From Iphione sp. A-MEVVRFRX5 (Eukaryota): a DNA stretch of 64,000 nt. Each line of letters starts with the position of its first letter. Within the stretch, counting starts at the first letter, position 1. Where the stretch lies: NCBI GenBank assembly GCA_976226885.1, contig OZ320313.1, positions 92,752,001 to 92,816,000 of the forward strand. Reading direction: 5' to 3'. The position numbers and the translations under genes were made by a program. The notes beneath the pieces were generated by a model. That model was not told the DNA's origin, searched no databases, and saw nothing but the letters and a program-made list of their open reading frames with translations. Shown here one piece after another: positions 35,782 through 49,891 of the stretch.

Positions 35782-38700
35782 TATATATAGAGAGTTGCTC
35801 CAACGTTCTCGTTGGACTCACCATTTGCTAAACTCTGCTGTGCTGTATGCAATGAAGAAGAATACAGGCTGCTAACGTACTGGTGTGGTGTACACTTTGT
35901 TGCTACAATGGTCTACATTCAAAGTATCAGCTAGCCAAATAGTTTGAATATGACAAATGTTATGGGTGAATATCTATTAAGCTGAACATGCAGAATCACA
36001 AAATGTTCCATTACTAAACATGTCAGTCTTAATGCCCATAATCTTAATATGTTCTAGTCATTCATATCTTAATGCTCTAGCGATCGTCACATGTTCCAAA
36101 CATTTATGTTTTAATAACCCTCCCTTAATTGCCATTCATATCATCCTACTAGTGACATGTTCCATTCATTCATTTCTTATCCATTCTCTTCATATTCCAT
36201 TCTTCTGGAATTTATTCTGGGGAGAATATGTTAAAAAAGAGACGTAGAGATATGATGCCCATTCCTATTTACTTTTCTTTCCATGAATAAACCTGAAAGA
36301 ACCCCGGAGAAATGCATAAGGAATGCTAAGGGCCGATTCCCTTACATGTGTTGATTCTTTATCCATTTTTGATTCGTTTAGATCCGTTTTTATCAATCAT
36401 GTTGATTCTAATAGAGGGTGTCAAATGCGTCCATGTCTGCTGCTGTTCATTGACCATTAATGGTCTCTGACTGATAATTTAACGCACATGGATGGCAAAT
36501 GGACAGTAGTGAACAGCAGATTGTCTTTGAATCGGGTAAAACTAAGTTTTCAGCTGGATAGACACTGTCTATTGTATGAAAGATGATCTTATTTGCATAT
36601 AATTTGCATTTAGTAATTATTTGGTCTGCACAACAAACACTCAGTTTTAACAGAACTGGGTAGAATTCTTTGCAATCCACACAAGAAAGGCAGTTTTAAC
36701 AGAATTGGGTGGAATTCTTTGCAATCAGTAGAAATTGTGCAGTTTCTATGCAAATAATATGCAAATTAATTACAATTTTTCACAGTTTTTAACACAATCT
36801 CAAGCACCCTCAGCACAACTTCAATACAATAAGCACCCCAGTCCGTGAGGTTGCGTGAAGGGAAACGCATGTTGATGCATATAGAGGCATAACGCAGCCT
36901 CATGGACCCTAACACATATAAGGAAACTGGCCCTTCACGGACATTTGACGGACGCTAGAGGGGCGATAGTAGGGCAGTAGGGTACAGAAACCCTAAACTA
37001 ATGGTAGAGACGCTAGAGGGGAATTCAAATAATAAAATCGATTCAAGACGTGGTAAGGCTTCCGGCTTCTGGTTGGCCCTAGTCAAATAGTAAATAGTAA
37101 CATCGACGCCTGTCGAAAGAAGTGGAGACAATGTAGTGGAGGGACGCCAACTGGACGCTGCACGAACAGGACGCAAATGCACTGGTACTCCATGCTGCAA
37201 AGAATTGGCCTACCGCCGGCGGGGCTCTCCTGTTCTGGTAGTCAGTACAGGGTGTTTATGTAATTTGCGCCTCGACGCACCACCAAGTGGCCGCTGCTCT
37301 AACTACATCCTGGCCCCCTCCGCCCGTGCAGTGACACGCCGCGCCCTCTTCAGAGGGTAACAATCAGTCAGCTCCATTGCGCATGTCCAACAATCCGAAC
37401 GAGGATCGTCTCGAGAGACAGTGGCGCAGGCGCTGTCGGCACTCCCGTCGACTCCCGTGCATTACGAGACCTCGCGGGATTTGGACCAACCAGCGAGAGT
37501 TGGCAATTCCCTCACGTTATTGTGTAGTGTTGTGGCTGCTGGCCACAGTTCATGAATAACGGGATGTAGAAGGAGAAAATACAGGTACAAGGAGAAGAGT
37601 CGCTGTTCACGAACACACACAGACACACAAACACAACACACACACACACACGGGCTATGGCAAAGAAGCGGAGACAATTTACAGACAAAATGCGAATGGG
37701 TAAGGAGATATGGAAAGCTAAGACAATGCATGAATACATGTACAGACAAATACACGTACACATAGACAAGTCAGGAGGAAGAAACAGACACAGAGTATAA
37801 TATACATAAAAGATCAGGAGGGAGGAATAAGTGGAGGTAATAAAGATCGCGAGATGAGTCAGGAAATAATAACCAAAGGAGTAAGAGACCCGGAAGAGGT
37901 ATTAAAGGGGGTTGGGGGCAGGGAAAAGGAACAATCACCAGCCGATATGTTTGGAAATATCCTACTAACGCCACTGAACGTCCACCACTGGAACCATCGC
38001 AGTTAGAGGGTACATGAATAGAGCTGACTATACGGCGGTGTTGGCCGTCCCCAAAGTGCCCCCCGTACAGATGGTGGCACCATACGGCAGTCGGCTCCAG
38101 ACCTAACCACTCGTCACATAGCCGGCCCAAGCCTAGAACAGGGTAAACTTCCGGGTCGTCCTACTACATGTATACACTCTAGTCGGTATAGACTAGACTA
38201 GATCACAGTACATACACAAGTCCGTCAGCAGCCACTAGCGGCGCCAGTATCGGCGGAAATGGTAGGGGAATTGGCATTCAAAAGAAAGCTCGATTGGGAG
38301 AATGACGCCTACGCCTATCACTCACAGCTTCACCAAGCGCAACATCTTATCAATAAATTAACCAATCGACAGATCTACAAGTATGTACATCTACTCTACA
38401 CCTACCACAAACCTACACATACCATACACATGCACACCTACACACACTGCACACATCGAAAACCTACGCAAACCACATATCTACAAACATCACACACAGC
38501 ACCACCCCACACACATCAACAAATCATAACACCAAACACTCACGCCTACGCAAATTACTGACACACCTACATATAACACAGATGCACACCATCAACCTAC
38601 ACACATCACATTCCTACACATGAACATATTTACTGTAGTCCCAACCCAGAGTGGCCCACTACGTGTGAAAAAGGCCATGGGTGTAGAAGATTCTGTCCTC

Positions 38701-40405
38701 TATGCACAAAAAGACCCCAGAAACCTATTTGAAATAAGAGTAGGGGGCAACCCCAGGTATTCTAGTCTCTCAATTCTCAATGATAGATGGTAGTATGCTA
38801 CCCCAGAAGAATATGGAAGAACCCTGTCATGATGATAGGTGAATATCTAGTTCCTGGTTAGAGATAAAATGAAATGAAGAAAATGAAATATCATACATCT
38901 ACACACATGCCATCCATCCACATACACCTATAAACGCCATACAACTACACTAACACAAACCTACACACGCAAGACACTGACACACCTACATGTGCTACGT
39001 CTGTGTAGGTGTGTATGCGATGAGTGTAGGTGTGGGTGTGTGCTGTGTGGTTGCTTGTTTGTAGATGTTTGATATGTGTGGGAATGTTACGATGCTAGTG
39101 ATTTTTGGATGCAGGTGTGTCGGGGGGAGGGGGAGAAGAGGGGAGTAAGGTAGTACGGGATGTAACTGGTGCCCAAACAGTGGCGCCACTGTCTCTCAGT
39201 ATCCCTCACGGTGAATCTAGTGACCCTTACCATTGGTCAGGCTCCAACACGAGAACTCTTTCAAGCCTAGCCCACATCCTTCCCTCTAACTTCACCCAGC
39301 TTCGGTACTCCTCCTTTCTCTACAGCTTTCACTAAAACATGTTTACGCAGGAATATGTTTTTTCAAAGAAATTAGTATTGGGTAAAGAACATAACAGTAA
39401 TAACAAACAAACGCAGCATTCCTTGGGAATGATTAGGTTTGATAAACAGCAAAGGGCGTTATCTCAGACTAATGCCATTATTCACGATGATATCCTATTC
39501 CTGTTCCTATTTCTTCAGTCCCTCACCTTTACCAGGGAGAAGAAAAGGCTCGTATTGATTGATTTAAGTCTGCTGTAAAATATTAAGGAGCACCTAAACA
39601 AAGTAGGAGGCCTCATCTGGCAGCGTGGTAGCGTGTGCGCGCGTATGTAAAATGGTGTGTGTGTATCTGTGTCTGATTGAATGTGCGAATTATCGCGTTT
39701 GTAAGTCTGTAGACGGTCTTGAATGTGTAGGTGTGTGAACATCTAGGGTATGGTAGTACAGGCTGTGTGATTAGGCGTCTTGTGTGTGAAGGGTGTTCTG
39801 TCATCAACCATTATAATACTTGTCAAAAGGAGACCATCCTGTTCCATTTCCTTAGGCTGTTTATCAGTAAATGTGCATATTAGTGTCTACACTGGTGTGT
39901 TTGTACTGGTGTGTGCATGGCTTTTTACAGTCCGTTGTGTCAGTCGACCTAGAGTGTATGAGATTATTCAATCCCCACAGTCAAGCTATGGTGTTTATTC
40001 GTGTGAGCGTGTGCGAGGGATCTACTTTGGTCACCTGTTCAAGGTATGGTAGTGGTTATTCTTTAACGTTAGCCTAGCAAACAGCACATAGCTCTGTTTT
40101 CCGTCGTTTTTTTCTATTGCAGGTGATAAATATCTCAACATCACATCACATCTTATCTCCAACCTCCTCACTAACCGCTTCCCTATAGTCCTCTCCCCTT
40201 CCCCTTTTACTCCCTCGCAGAAGGCACTGGCTCCGCCTGTGACCTGCCAAGTCCTTACTCATCAACCAATGACACAGAAGTTAACAGCAGTGGTACAGCA
40301 GGGAGGTATGCTTTGATGTGCAAACCAGCAGGCGAGAAAAAAGGGGCTTTGGTGGAAGGAAGGAATAAAGGGATTGACAGAGGGTGAGTTATAGGACAGC
40401 AAGTT

Positions 40406-40408
<3 letters not shown>

Positions 40409-40460
<52 letters not shown>
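40409..40460. repeat. (GA)26 microsatellite within a GA-rich tract (~40380-41150)
   Basis: Directly visible in the sequence. Confidence 0.95.
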
Positions 40461-40470
<10 letters not shown>

Positions 40471-41676
40471 GGGAGAGAGTGGGAGGGAGAGAGGAACAGA
40501 GATAGAGAGACAAAGAGAGACACGGAAAGGAGAAGACGAACAGAGAAGTGAAAGGAAGAGGGAGAGGGATAGGGGGAGAGAGAGTACAGACAAAGAGAAA
40601 GGGAGGGAGAGAGTGGAAACGGGAAACAGGAGACATGAGGAGAGAGATGAAAGGAAAGAGAAGCAGACAGACGGATGATTTGGGAGAGGAGAGAGAGAAA
40701 GGACAAAGAAATTGAGGGGAGAAAGGAGAGACAAGCGGTATTATAGAAGAGGTGGGTGAAATTTGATGTGGAATTGTGATGACATTGCTATGAAAGAAGA
40801 CAGGGCAGAGGAGATTGATAAGGGAGATAGGAAAAGAGAGACAAGAATAAGAGTCAGGTAAAAGAGAAGGATAAAAATAAGAAGGAGACTGGTGGACAGA
40901 GGAAGGTACAACGAGGAGGAACAAAAGCAAAGACAGGGGTGTAGCACAAAAAATAGAGGAAGAAAGATGAATGAAATTGGTAGACAGACGAAGCTGCAGA
41001 AAGAGAGAGGGAGACAGACGGGGTGAAGACAAGAAATGACAGAGGAAGAAAGAGAGAAGACAGAAGTTGGTAGACAGAGGAAGGGACAAAGGAGAGGAGG
41101 AGAGACAGGGACTTAAAGAGAATCAGACTATGAAGGAGAGAGAGGGAAGTTCGGGTAGTGAAGTAGACTCTTGAGACAAACGTTCTAATATGGTTAGGAG
41201 TGAAACTGCTATTCTTTCAATGTCCCGAAAGCATCTTTAAACCTGCGACAAATCCCTAGGGAAAAAGCCGTCTCAACCTACATAACTGCTGTGCATGCTC
41301 ATGACCTAGAGAACATGCGCACTGAGCTCATCCAAAATGGCAGTATAGGTAAACATGCTTTGTCAGCCTCAAAACCCTTCCAAATACATCGAATATTGTG
41401 AATTTAAGGCCTGCAAAAGGTTAGTTTCAAGGAAAACCATATCAGAACCACGATTAAGAACTTTATGTCAGGAAAGGTCGACAGTTTAAGTCGCTCAGGC
41501 CTCGGGCTGGGACTGCGTCCCAGCCCTCGGCCTTCGCTGCCTTTCCCTCTCTCTGTCTCCTTCTCTCCCCTTCCACTCTCTCCCTCTCCCCCCCTCCTCC
41601 TCTCTGCCTCTCTCTCCCGCCATGTTTCTCCTATTCTCTCTTTTTGCCTCTCCCTCTCCCCTATCTCTCTCCCTCC

Positions 41677-43465
41677 CTAGGCTGGCCTTACTTCTTCCCT
41701 CCTAACCTTAATAAGAGATTGAACAGCCACCCCCGACAGCATGACCGCATCTGACAAAACCATAGATAAGTTGGACAACAACGGGGCCTCATTGGCCTCC
41801 GCCCTTGGGTTTACCATTTCAACCCCCCTAAGGCAAGCCACCATGGACACCAACAGATCGAGCTGAACTTTCTGGAGGGACTTTTCTCTCTCCTTACCCT
41901 CCTTAGTCAGAGCGTTCCACAAAACTTCATTCAACCTGCAAAGCCCCAACCACTCATTATTGGAGGGCCTGAGGTTCCTCTTCCTGACAGTAGTCACAAG
42001 GTCAGGTTGCATCGGCTTAATAGCCAATGTTGCGAACTCAGAAATCAGATCATCCAAAGGCAGACCCAATTTCTCCTCAACGCTCATTTGCGCCATCCTG
42101 CCGCGCAATGACTCCGGATTAGGGTGTGGTTGTGCTACCAGCTCAGGCTGAGGAAGACCTTCCCCTGTGGAAGCCTCATCCTCCTCCTCATACTCCTCCT
42201 GGGCATCCATGATCATGTTGAAGCCCACTGCCAGGTTCTCACCCAGGGATATAAACCCCTCCCTGACAGCATCCAAATTCCTGTTAATGTCCCCAAAGGC
42301 AGATGTCAACTTAAGGCCCATAGCAGCCTGGCTTTAAGGTAGCTAACAGAGCAGAACTGTCCCCATCTCCACTCTCAGATGGGGCCTTGCCCACAGTCGC
42401 AGATGGCAGAGTGCGACGCACCGAAGGCAGATTCCTAAGGGGCACCAGAACACAAACTCCATCAGCCCCAACCTGAGAAGGAGGAGGAGGAGGAGGAGTG
42501 AGCTGATAATCAGCTAACAGTGTCTCCGCCACAGACGGCACCAAAGCGCTGCTTCCTGGGGTTGATACAACAGAACCACCTGAGTCAGACGGCACGGACT
42601 CCCCAGCGCGGCGACGCTTAGCCGCCTCAGCCAGAACAGAGCTGACATTTGCGGCCTCTTGAGGCACATTTCGTGTCAGACTCGTCAATCTCCTTAACAA
42701 GCCCTGTCAGAGAGAACTGTGGTTCCTGGCCTGACATAATGACAAATTGATCTCAATTTGACCAAGCCTAAAGGTAGCCAGACATCAAAAAAAAAGGCTG
42801 AAATGTTCACCAATAGCGGAAAACTCAGCAAAACCGACCCACTAAAGCCAGCAAGACTTCAAATTTGGGTCGAAATTGTCTGCCGACAGCAGAAAACCGG
42901 CAAAAACTGACCCATTAAAGCCGGCAAGACGTCAAATTTGGATCAAAATTGTCCACCGACAGTGGAGAACCAGCAAAAACCGACCAAATAAAGCCAGCAA
43001 GATATCAATTTTGGGCTGAAATTGTCTGCCGACGGCAGAAAACAGGCAAAACCGACTAAATAAAGCCGGCACAATGTCAACTTTGGGCAAAAATCGACCA
43101 AGTTAAAGTTGAAACAACAAAGCGACTTAGAGGCAGCCACGCAGGGCCAACCAACCACTACCGGTGGCGGATCGACAACTGAAATGGCAACGACACAACG
43201 TACACCTTGTCGATTTAACTCAAAAACGCCACCTCTATGCTTATACAGCATTCTCTGTAGTTTCCTGGGGGAAAAACAACACAATATATGCATATGCTAT
43301 CAATAATAAACAGAAAAAACGATCAAACCTATCTGAAAACGACAATTTTAACTCCTCTGAATGCACAAGCTTGCGCTTCGGCCGACAACTTTGATACGAC
43401 TGGCTATGCTTGGGTGCAGCATCACGTGATACCATCTCAGAGGGACACCTGGTGAGAAGCAATGG
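41677..43465 (-). mobile_element. gag: DIRS copy E: 5' end and gag only (divergent family)
   Basis: Gag-like frames at 41677-42321 (NEVLWNAL..GKEREKSLQKVQ..DAVML..VRREEVRP) and 42311-42700. The end at ~43360-43465 resembles the B/C 5' terminus (CTGGTGAGAAGCA). Confidence 0.75.
42815..43100. repeat. 73-bp tandem repeat (~4 copies) in the leader of copy E
   Basis: AAAGCC(A/G)GCA recurs at 42844, 42917, 42990 and 43062. Confidence 0.85.
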
Positions 43466-43469
43466 AACT

Positions 43470-45280
43470 AAAGTTTTTATTAATATATTTCATTAATCTA
43501 AAATGAATAATTCTTTAAATAATCTTATGGTAAAAATTTAAAACCGAGATTTGTCTGTAGTTGCTTTTGTTTCTTGGATCACCACCCTTAAACAAGGGTG
43601 TGACCAGCGCCTTTTTCCAATCTACTGGTATTTGTGATGTCTCCAAAATTAAATTATATAAATATACTAATCCTTTCGGCAGAGCACTTTTCATATCTTT
43701 TATTACTCTTGTTGGTACTAGTTCCAACCCTGTTGGTTAAGAATTTGGTAATTCTGAAATAATTTTGTAAATTTCTTGTTGATTAGTCTTTTCGAAGCTT
43801 ATTAAATTACAATGATGTTGCTTAACAGTGTCAAGGTGGTTTGTCACAGGAATTTCCTTATGCAACATATGACCTACAGTAGAAAAATGATCATTCACAT
43901 AATCAGCAATATCCACATTATTATTTAATATTGCTGAGCCATTTGTCATTTTGGTAATATTGGTACTACCTCTATCTTTTGTTGGTACTATTTCATGTAA
44001 AACTTTCCAATATGAACTTGGGTTACCTTTATATTCGTGATATATTTTCGTATAATAATTTTGTTTGCTTTTCCTTAAACAGCTATTATACCTTCTTCGT
44101 GCTTCCTTCAGATTTATACTATTTTGTTGATTTTTATCCTTTTTGTTCAATCTCGAAATGATCTTTCTTGTAGTACTTCTATAGTAACCCAAGCTGGCAT
44201 ATTGATTGGTATCCTCTTGTTCACAATTGGGGCATGTTCATTTATAGACTCTATTATTACATTTCTTACTTGTTGCCATTGGTAATTCTACATTGTCAGT
44301 AGGATATATTTTGGTCAACTTTTTATCAACATCGTTATTCAGTATATCACCAGAATATTTAATATAATCTCAACATTTTACCACCTTATATCGTGGCTTT
44401 ACATGAGCATATCTTCTTTTACCAAATATCCAATGATGATCTGATATATCATTGTGGATCGTGCCATTAACCAAATATAAATCAGGTAGATTTGTTAACA
44501 TACAAGCGCCTTCAGCGCCTGTCCTATCAGACGGAGGGATAGTATTTTACAACCTTCGTTCTGCTTGACCGGACACAGAGGCGTATTGATACTAAATCTT
44601 GTAAAACCACAGGGCCACATATGTCAGCCTCCATAGCCGGACTACTTTCGGGCATCATTTTATATAGGTAGTGTAAAGATCTATACAGGTTGATGTTGTA
44701 TCAGTAATTCTGGTAGGTGCTGATATAATATTTTTCAACCCATTGGATCTTTCAAAATTCTTCAGTAGTTTATATTGTCTATTTCTTGTATTCGAATAGT
44801 CTATATTAAAATCTCCAATTACAACAATTTCAACATTAGATTTACATATTTTGTTGATAATTTTCTGTAAAGCATCAAAAAATAATATTACTTTACCTTG
44901 TGGTGGTCTATATACAGCAAATGTTACTATTGTTTTCATATGACTTTTGATCGTAAATACCAAGCATTCAATGTGCTCATGTGATATACTATTAATCATA
45001 TCTGGAATAACAACTAATGAACTGCATCAACCAAGCCACCGCCTCTACTTTTGTTAGTATCGCTCCTATCCAGTCTAATCAAATCATAGTCATGTAGAGA
45101 AATCAATTTGCTGTTTATTTTTGGTGATAGCCAGGTTTCGGAAATAACCACTAAATCAATATTATTGTAACACAAGTCTATTTGCCGTTCATTAACTTTG
45201 TTTAATAAACTTCTAATATTCAAATGGGCAATATTTATTTCTCTCTTATTAAGTTGATAAAAATCATGTAACATAACTAA
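43470..45280 (-). pseudogene. L2/CR1-type LINE ORF2 N-terminal half, decayed, with a ~190-bp insert near 44480-44665
   Basis: HLNIRSL, ISETWL, RGGG, YRPPQG, GDFNID, APTRIT, VTPLFKGG..NYRQIS. Confidence 0.85.
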
Positions 45281-45810
45281 AATAAATACATATATCTAAG
45301 CCAATATTGCAAAATGTACGTACCTCACTAAAAGAAAAATTAGCACTCAATTGAGTGATGACAATGGCCTGAATGAATGGGAAATGCGGCGACATGCATA
45401 TCTATTGATATAAGAGAACTATTGATCTTCTCTGATTGACTATTATTCATAACTCTGTTAATATATCAAACTCAGTACTATAACAATAAATATTACATCA
45501 ATGTGGTGCCATCTTGCGTTACAATTACAAGGTAACCGGAAGTTACATCATGCATTCTGTTACGTCATTGTCACCTAGCATCAGTTAATGCAGAAACATT
45601 GATTGTTTTGAAATATAACTATTACAAGTGATATTGTAATAATGATAATAAAGATGTGATAAATTGAATTAGTGGACAATAAAGCGATAATACATAATAA
45701 CAAATGTACATTGGCATGAATATAGTTAAAAAATAATATCAATATTTTGTCATCTTACTTACATGCAGACAGGCTTATGTATATGCACCAGCTTTGATTC
45801 TCATGAGATC

Positions 45811-46490
45811 ATGCACCAACCAGATTGCAACCCTGTGCACTATTATCAAGCAATTACTGGAGTAGCAGTCACTGCTATATGTCAACTTTGTTGACTACAA
45901 AAAGGGATTTGACATGGTGGCCGGGCAAATCCTCAGACACTATGGTATCCCCCAAAAGATCATCAGTGTTATCCAGAGCCTCTACAGAGATACCAGCTGT
46001 ACAGTCATCCACAATGCCAACCTGTCACCATCCTTTAAATTCAATACCAGAGTCAGACAAGGATAGTAAGATGGGAGGAGCGGATGAAGATGTTAAGACC
46101 AGGATCAGTAAGGCATGCTATACCTTTGTCACTCTTAAACTGGTGTGGAGGAATGAATACCTTAGCCTACATACCACCCTAAGGTTGATCAACACTAACA
46201 TCAAGTCCATACTATTGTATGGTTCAGAGACCTGGAGATGCACAAAGAGACCAGACCATAAGAGGAAAGGCTCACATTCCACACAATGCCCTAGATTGGA
46301 ACCCGCAGGGAAAACAGAAGAGAGGGTGACCAGTCAACAACTACAGAACTCTACAGGCTGAACTCAGGTGCATCAACATGACCTGGAGTCAAGCAAAGAA
46401 AACTGCCTAAGATAGAGCGAGATGGAGATCTGCAGTGTGGGTCCCATGTTCTGATTGGAACAAAGAGGATGAAATAAAATAAAATAAATA
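45811..46490 (+). pseudogene. RTE-clade LINE 3' fragment with internal deletions
   Basis: SCTNQIATL, NFVDYKKGFD, LRHYGIPQKII, RVRQG, LLYGSETW, WNPQGK. (AAAAT)n tail. Confidence 0.85.
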
Positions 46491-46948
46491 ATTTGATTCT
46501 CATTGGCTCTGTCAGGTCTTGAACTGGGTAATAGATTTCCAAGGATGCCTCAAATGTACACGTGTCATCCATCACAGTACGATGAATCCATCTAACATGT
46601 GTGAAATTACTACACCTCAGCCATATCTAAATCTACACAAGTATAGCATATTCATGACATCATGTGGTATGCGTACTCATCATTGGTATGAAAATTTGAA
46701 ATTTTATAGTTACTCTAGCATTGCACAGTGTGACTTAGACACTAACAAGCAGAGGCATAGCATTAATGTTGGCCCATGGGACATTCCCATATTTCTTAGC
46801 TATAGCCGATAGAGTGCTACTAGCTGTATTAAAGGCACTATAGCTAAGCCCTGACTTAAATAACTGGTGCAAAAACATCAAGGCCTACTCTAAGTGTGGT
46901 TTCAGATTAGTGTTTTTTGTAATGCAATATGTGTGCCATCTATCTTAA

Positions 46949-48108
46949 ACCTATCCTGACCGGGAAAACTAAGGTTTGGGGCAGTGGTAATGGTTGTTTC
47001 CTATATAATGTCTAGCTATAGGATTTAATACTCAAGTTACTGTGTAATGTTGTATATCAAAAGAAAGCCTTTGAATAATGTGTTATTTCGACAAAAAATT
47101 ACTTGATTTATTTGGTTACCATGGCAACAAGACATCATTGAATATAACTTAGAAATTAGAGAATTTACATTAAAGTTACCCTGATCAACACTACTGGTAG
47201 GTAAACATGGAAAAATATTACTCATTCACCTGAAGAAGGGACCACTTGAGCTCCCGAAAGCTAGTGATATCATTTACTACTATTATTTGGACTGTTTCTG
47301 GTATTAAAGCTGTCTTAAACCGTTTCTCTAGAGTTTTCAGCCTATTGATTTCTTTATGAAAAAATATTGTTCCTAGAAGAAAATGTTCCATTACGAAAGT
47401 GTTCAGGAAATGATTTCCAGTGTTCTGATACCTAATTTGTCTCTGTATATCATCTAGTAAACATGTTTTGAGAAAAAACAGTGCATCACCATATGCATCA
47501 GCATCCACTGATGCATCATGGGATATCTAAAATATAGAAATAATCATAATTGGTCAGAGACTAGTCAAGTATAACTCATAACAAAACAAAGTATGAATTT
47601 TCTTATCAATTTTTTGGGCAGAAGTTGATAAAAGACAACCTTAATTAAATAAAAGCCATATGTAATAATCAGAAAATATTATGCAATAATTATATGTAGC
47701 TTTGTTTTAATGAAGAAGGTCATAGGATATTATATACTGAATGTTTGTATTATTCCCACTACTAATTCATCAAGAACTTATGATGAAACACTCTTATGTT
47801 TTATGTGAATACCTTGTCAAAAAAACATTAATTCATCAGTTATTTAAAGTTTTAATACATATTTGTAATGAATTGTCTTGGAAAATATGTATAAATTTTA
47901 CTTTTTGAGGTTGTACAGGTCACATGACTACTTTTCCATGGTAACCCAGTGTATTCTTACAAAATCTGAAATGACACTGAATGCCTCATGATATCATCTT
48001 GTTTTGTACCAAGTATGAAAAAGATCTATAAAATATCAATAATCTAGCCAGGGGATTGATTAAAATCGATCACCAGTGATCCATTTTGCATTAGCGGTCA
48101 GGAAAGGG
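46949..48108. mobile_element. piggyBac-like non-autonomous element
   Basis: TTAA on both flanks. TIRs ACCTATCCTGACCG / CGGTCAGGAAAGGG. Confidence 0.7.
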
Positions 48109-48169
48109 TTAATATATACTTGAGGCAAATTGGAGTCTGGTTGATCTTCTCCACAAATACATCATATAG

Positions 48170-49020
48170 ATACTTTAAAGGGCTATGGGTTAAAGATTTG
48201 TCAATGCATTGTTTGAGAAGAATGCTGCCAGCAGAGGCATAGCACTGATGTCCCATACATTCATGTCCTTAAATACAATGAGGTTGTATGGCCTAGACAG
48301 GAAATGGATTGTGGCTTGTGGATAGTCTTGATGAAGGCAGCCATATCACCACTGAAATTGCCAGTGTGGAACTATAAGGATTGCATTTGTTGGCCATGGC
48401 TTAGCTTCTTAAGGACTTTAGAAATTAAAGAGAAGAGGTAAACAAATAGATCAAAATAAACTGTCTCCAGACACAAAAGAACCTATCCACAAATTTCACA
48501 TCTGGATCCAGTCTCCAACTGACATACATCTCAACCTGAGCAGTGGCTCTCAAGGTAAATAGGTTAATATCTGGGCATCCCCATGCATCCACAATATTCT
48601 TGAATAAAGAGGGATGTAACTGCCATTTTATGTTCTCATAAAAATTGCACAACAGGTAATCAGCTTCCAATCTTAGGATAAAAGACATAACTGCCCGGTA
48701 TGGTCCTTCCTCCAAGGAGCACCTAGCTAGGTTGTCAAAGAGTTGAGTCTTAGTTTGTTGACATAAGCCACCATGGTAGTGTTGTCAGATGGAATCAGAA
48801 CCTAAAATCATTGGCGAGAAGCAAAGAATGTCTTGAGGCCTAACCATACTGCCCTTAGCTTCAGGGTATTGATGTACCGACACTGTTCCTCTGGTAACCA
48901 CTTGCCCCCAGTAGCCCTGGATCCTGTGCTTCCCGCCCCGTGCATGTGTTTCCGGACTGGGTGGGTGAGCAGGCAATGGAAGAAAAAAATGACCCTGAAG
49001 TATACATGTACCCAAGACAC
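48170..49020 (-). mobile_element. pol: DIRS copy F: RNase H/MT remnant (B/C family)
   Basis: GGKWLPEEQ..INTLKLRAV, WQLHP.LF, DINLF..RATAQV..YVSWRLDPD, IVPHWQ, SAMPLLAAF. Confidence 0.85.
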
Positions 49021-49891
49021 ATTATCTAGGTCAACCCTGATAACACAACTTGCGTCCTTAAGTACATATGCACCTAACTCACTTTGTTTACATTCTTATC
49101 TACGTCAACAGTAATAAGGATGAACCAACCTCTTATCAGCAATTTGTTTACACCAGGGCGCAAGAAGCCACTACTTCCAGAGTAGGAAGACGTAGGAAGA
49201 ATTTCAATGGGCGGGGGAAAGAAAAAGGAAAATTTTATAAAAGAGTTCAAGATATGAGTTTCGGTAATGGTATGGAGAGGGAGGGCTGTGCACAGAGAGA
49301 AAATACAAGAATTACACTAGTGTGGCAAAGGAGCGGCCAATCTGTCTATTGACGGATCGCTTGTTTTGAGTGGCAGTTGAATGTGACCAATTAAGAGGCG
49401 CCCAAGGTTGACAAAATGTGGGAATTTGCATCATAGACAAACAAAATTGCTTAGCATTGGAGTCTTTAGGAAGGGCAAAATTCTGTGTAAATATTACCGA
49501 CAAAATTATTTCCTTTTGTATGCATAAAAGGAAAACCATCATTCATACCAACTTCACCTGCCTCTTCTTTCACTGCCAGTATGTCCTATATAAAATCCCT
49601 CTCTCTCTTGACCTCCTATTTCTCTTAATGTTCCCTATCCAGCCAGCCTGTCCAACTCGTCCCTCGAACCAGTCTCCAGGTTACCATGACAACCGACGAC
49701 GTTGTTGAGGGCGCGTGCGCTATGGGGGTGGGGCCGTGAGGGGGTACCTAGTATGTACATTGTATATGGACCACCAGGGGAAACGATGGCTGCATGAGGG
49801 CGTCCCCGATGGGAGAGCATATAAACATTGCCGGTGGCGCCATCTGCCCATGGCGTAAATATTGACCCCTACATGGCGGGTGGGAGACCTT

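Noticed and set aside
36841-36907. 16-bp-arm hairpin as a Helitron 3' end
   Set aside because: No CTRR terminus at the expected distance and no matching 5' TC end identified.
38240-38300. YHFR frame as a candidate next furin exon
   Set aside because: There is an in-frame stop after a few codons and no suitable acceptor.
39167-39184. PBS-like TGGTGCCCAAACAG resembling a tRNA-Lys primer site
   Set aside because: It has four mismatches, no upstream LTR ending in CA, and no downstream gag.
40255-41089. Long Leu/Ser/Phe-rich ORFs (also at 14786-15182, 51299-52263 and 58025-58524)
   Set aside because: These are translations of CT/GA microsatellite-rich sequence.
49620-49740. Plus-strand acceptor-like pyrimidine tract suggesting an exon
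   Set aside because: No frame resembles a known protein and the donor is weak.
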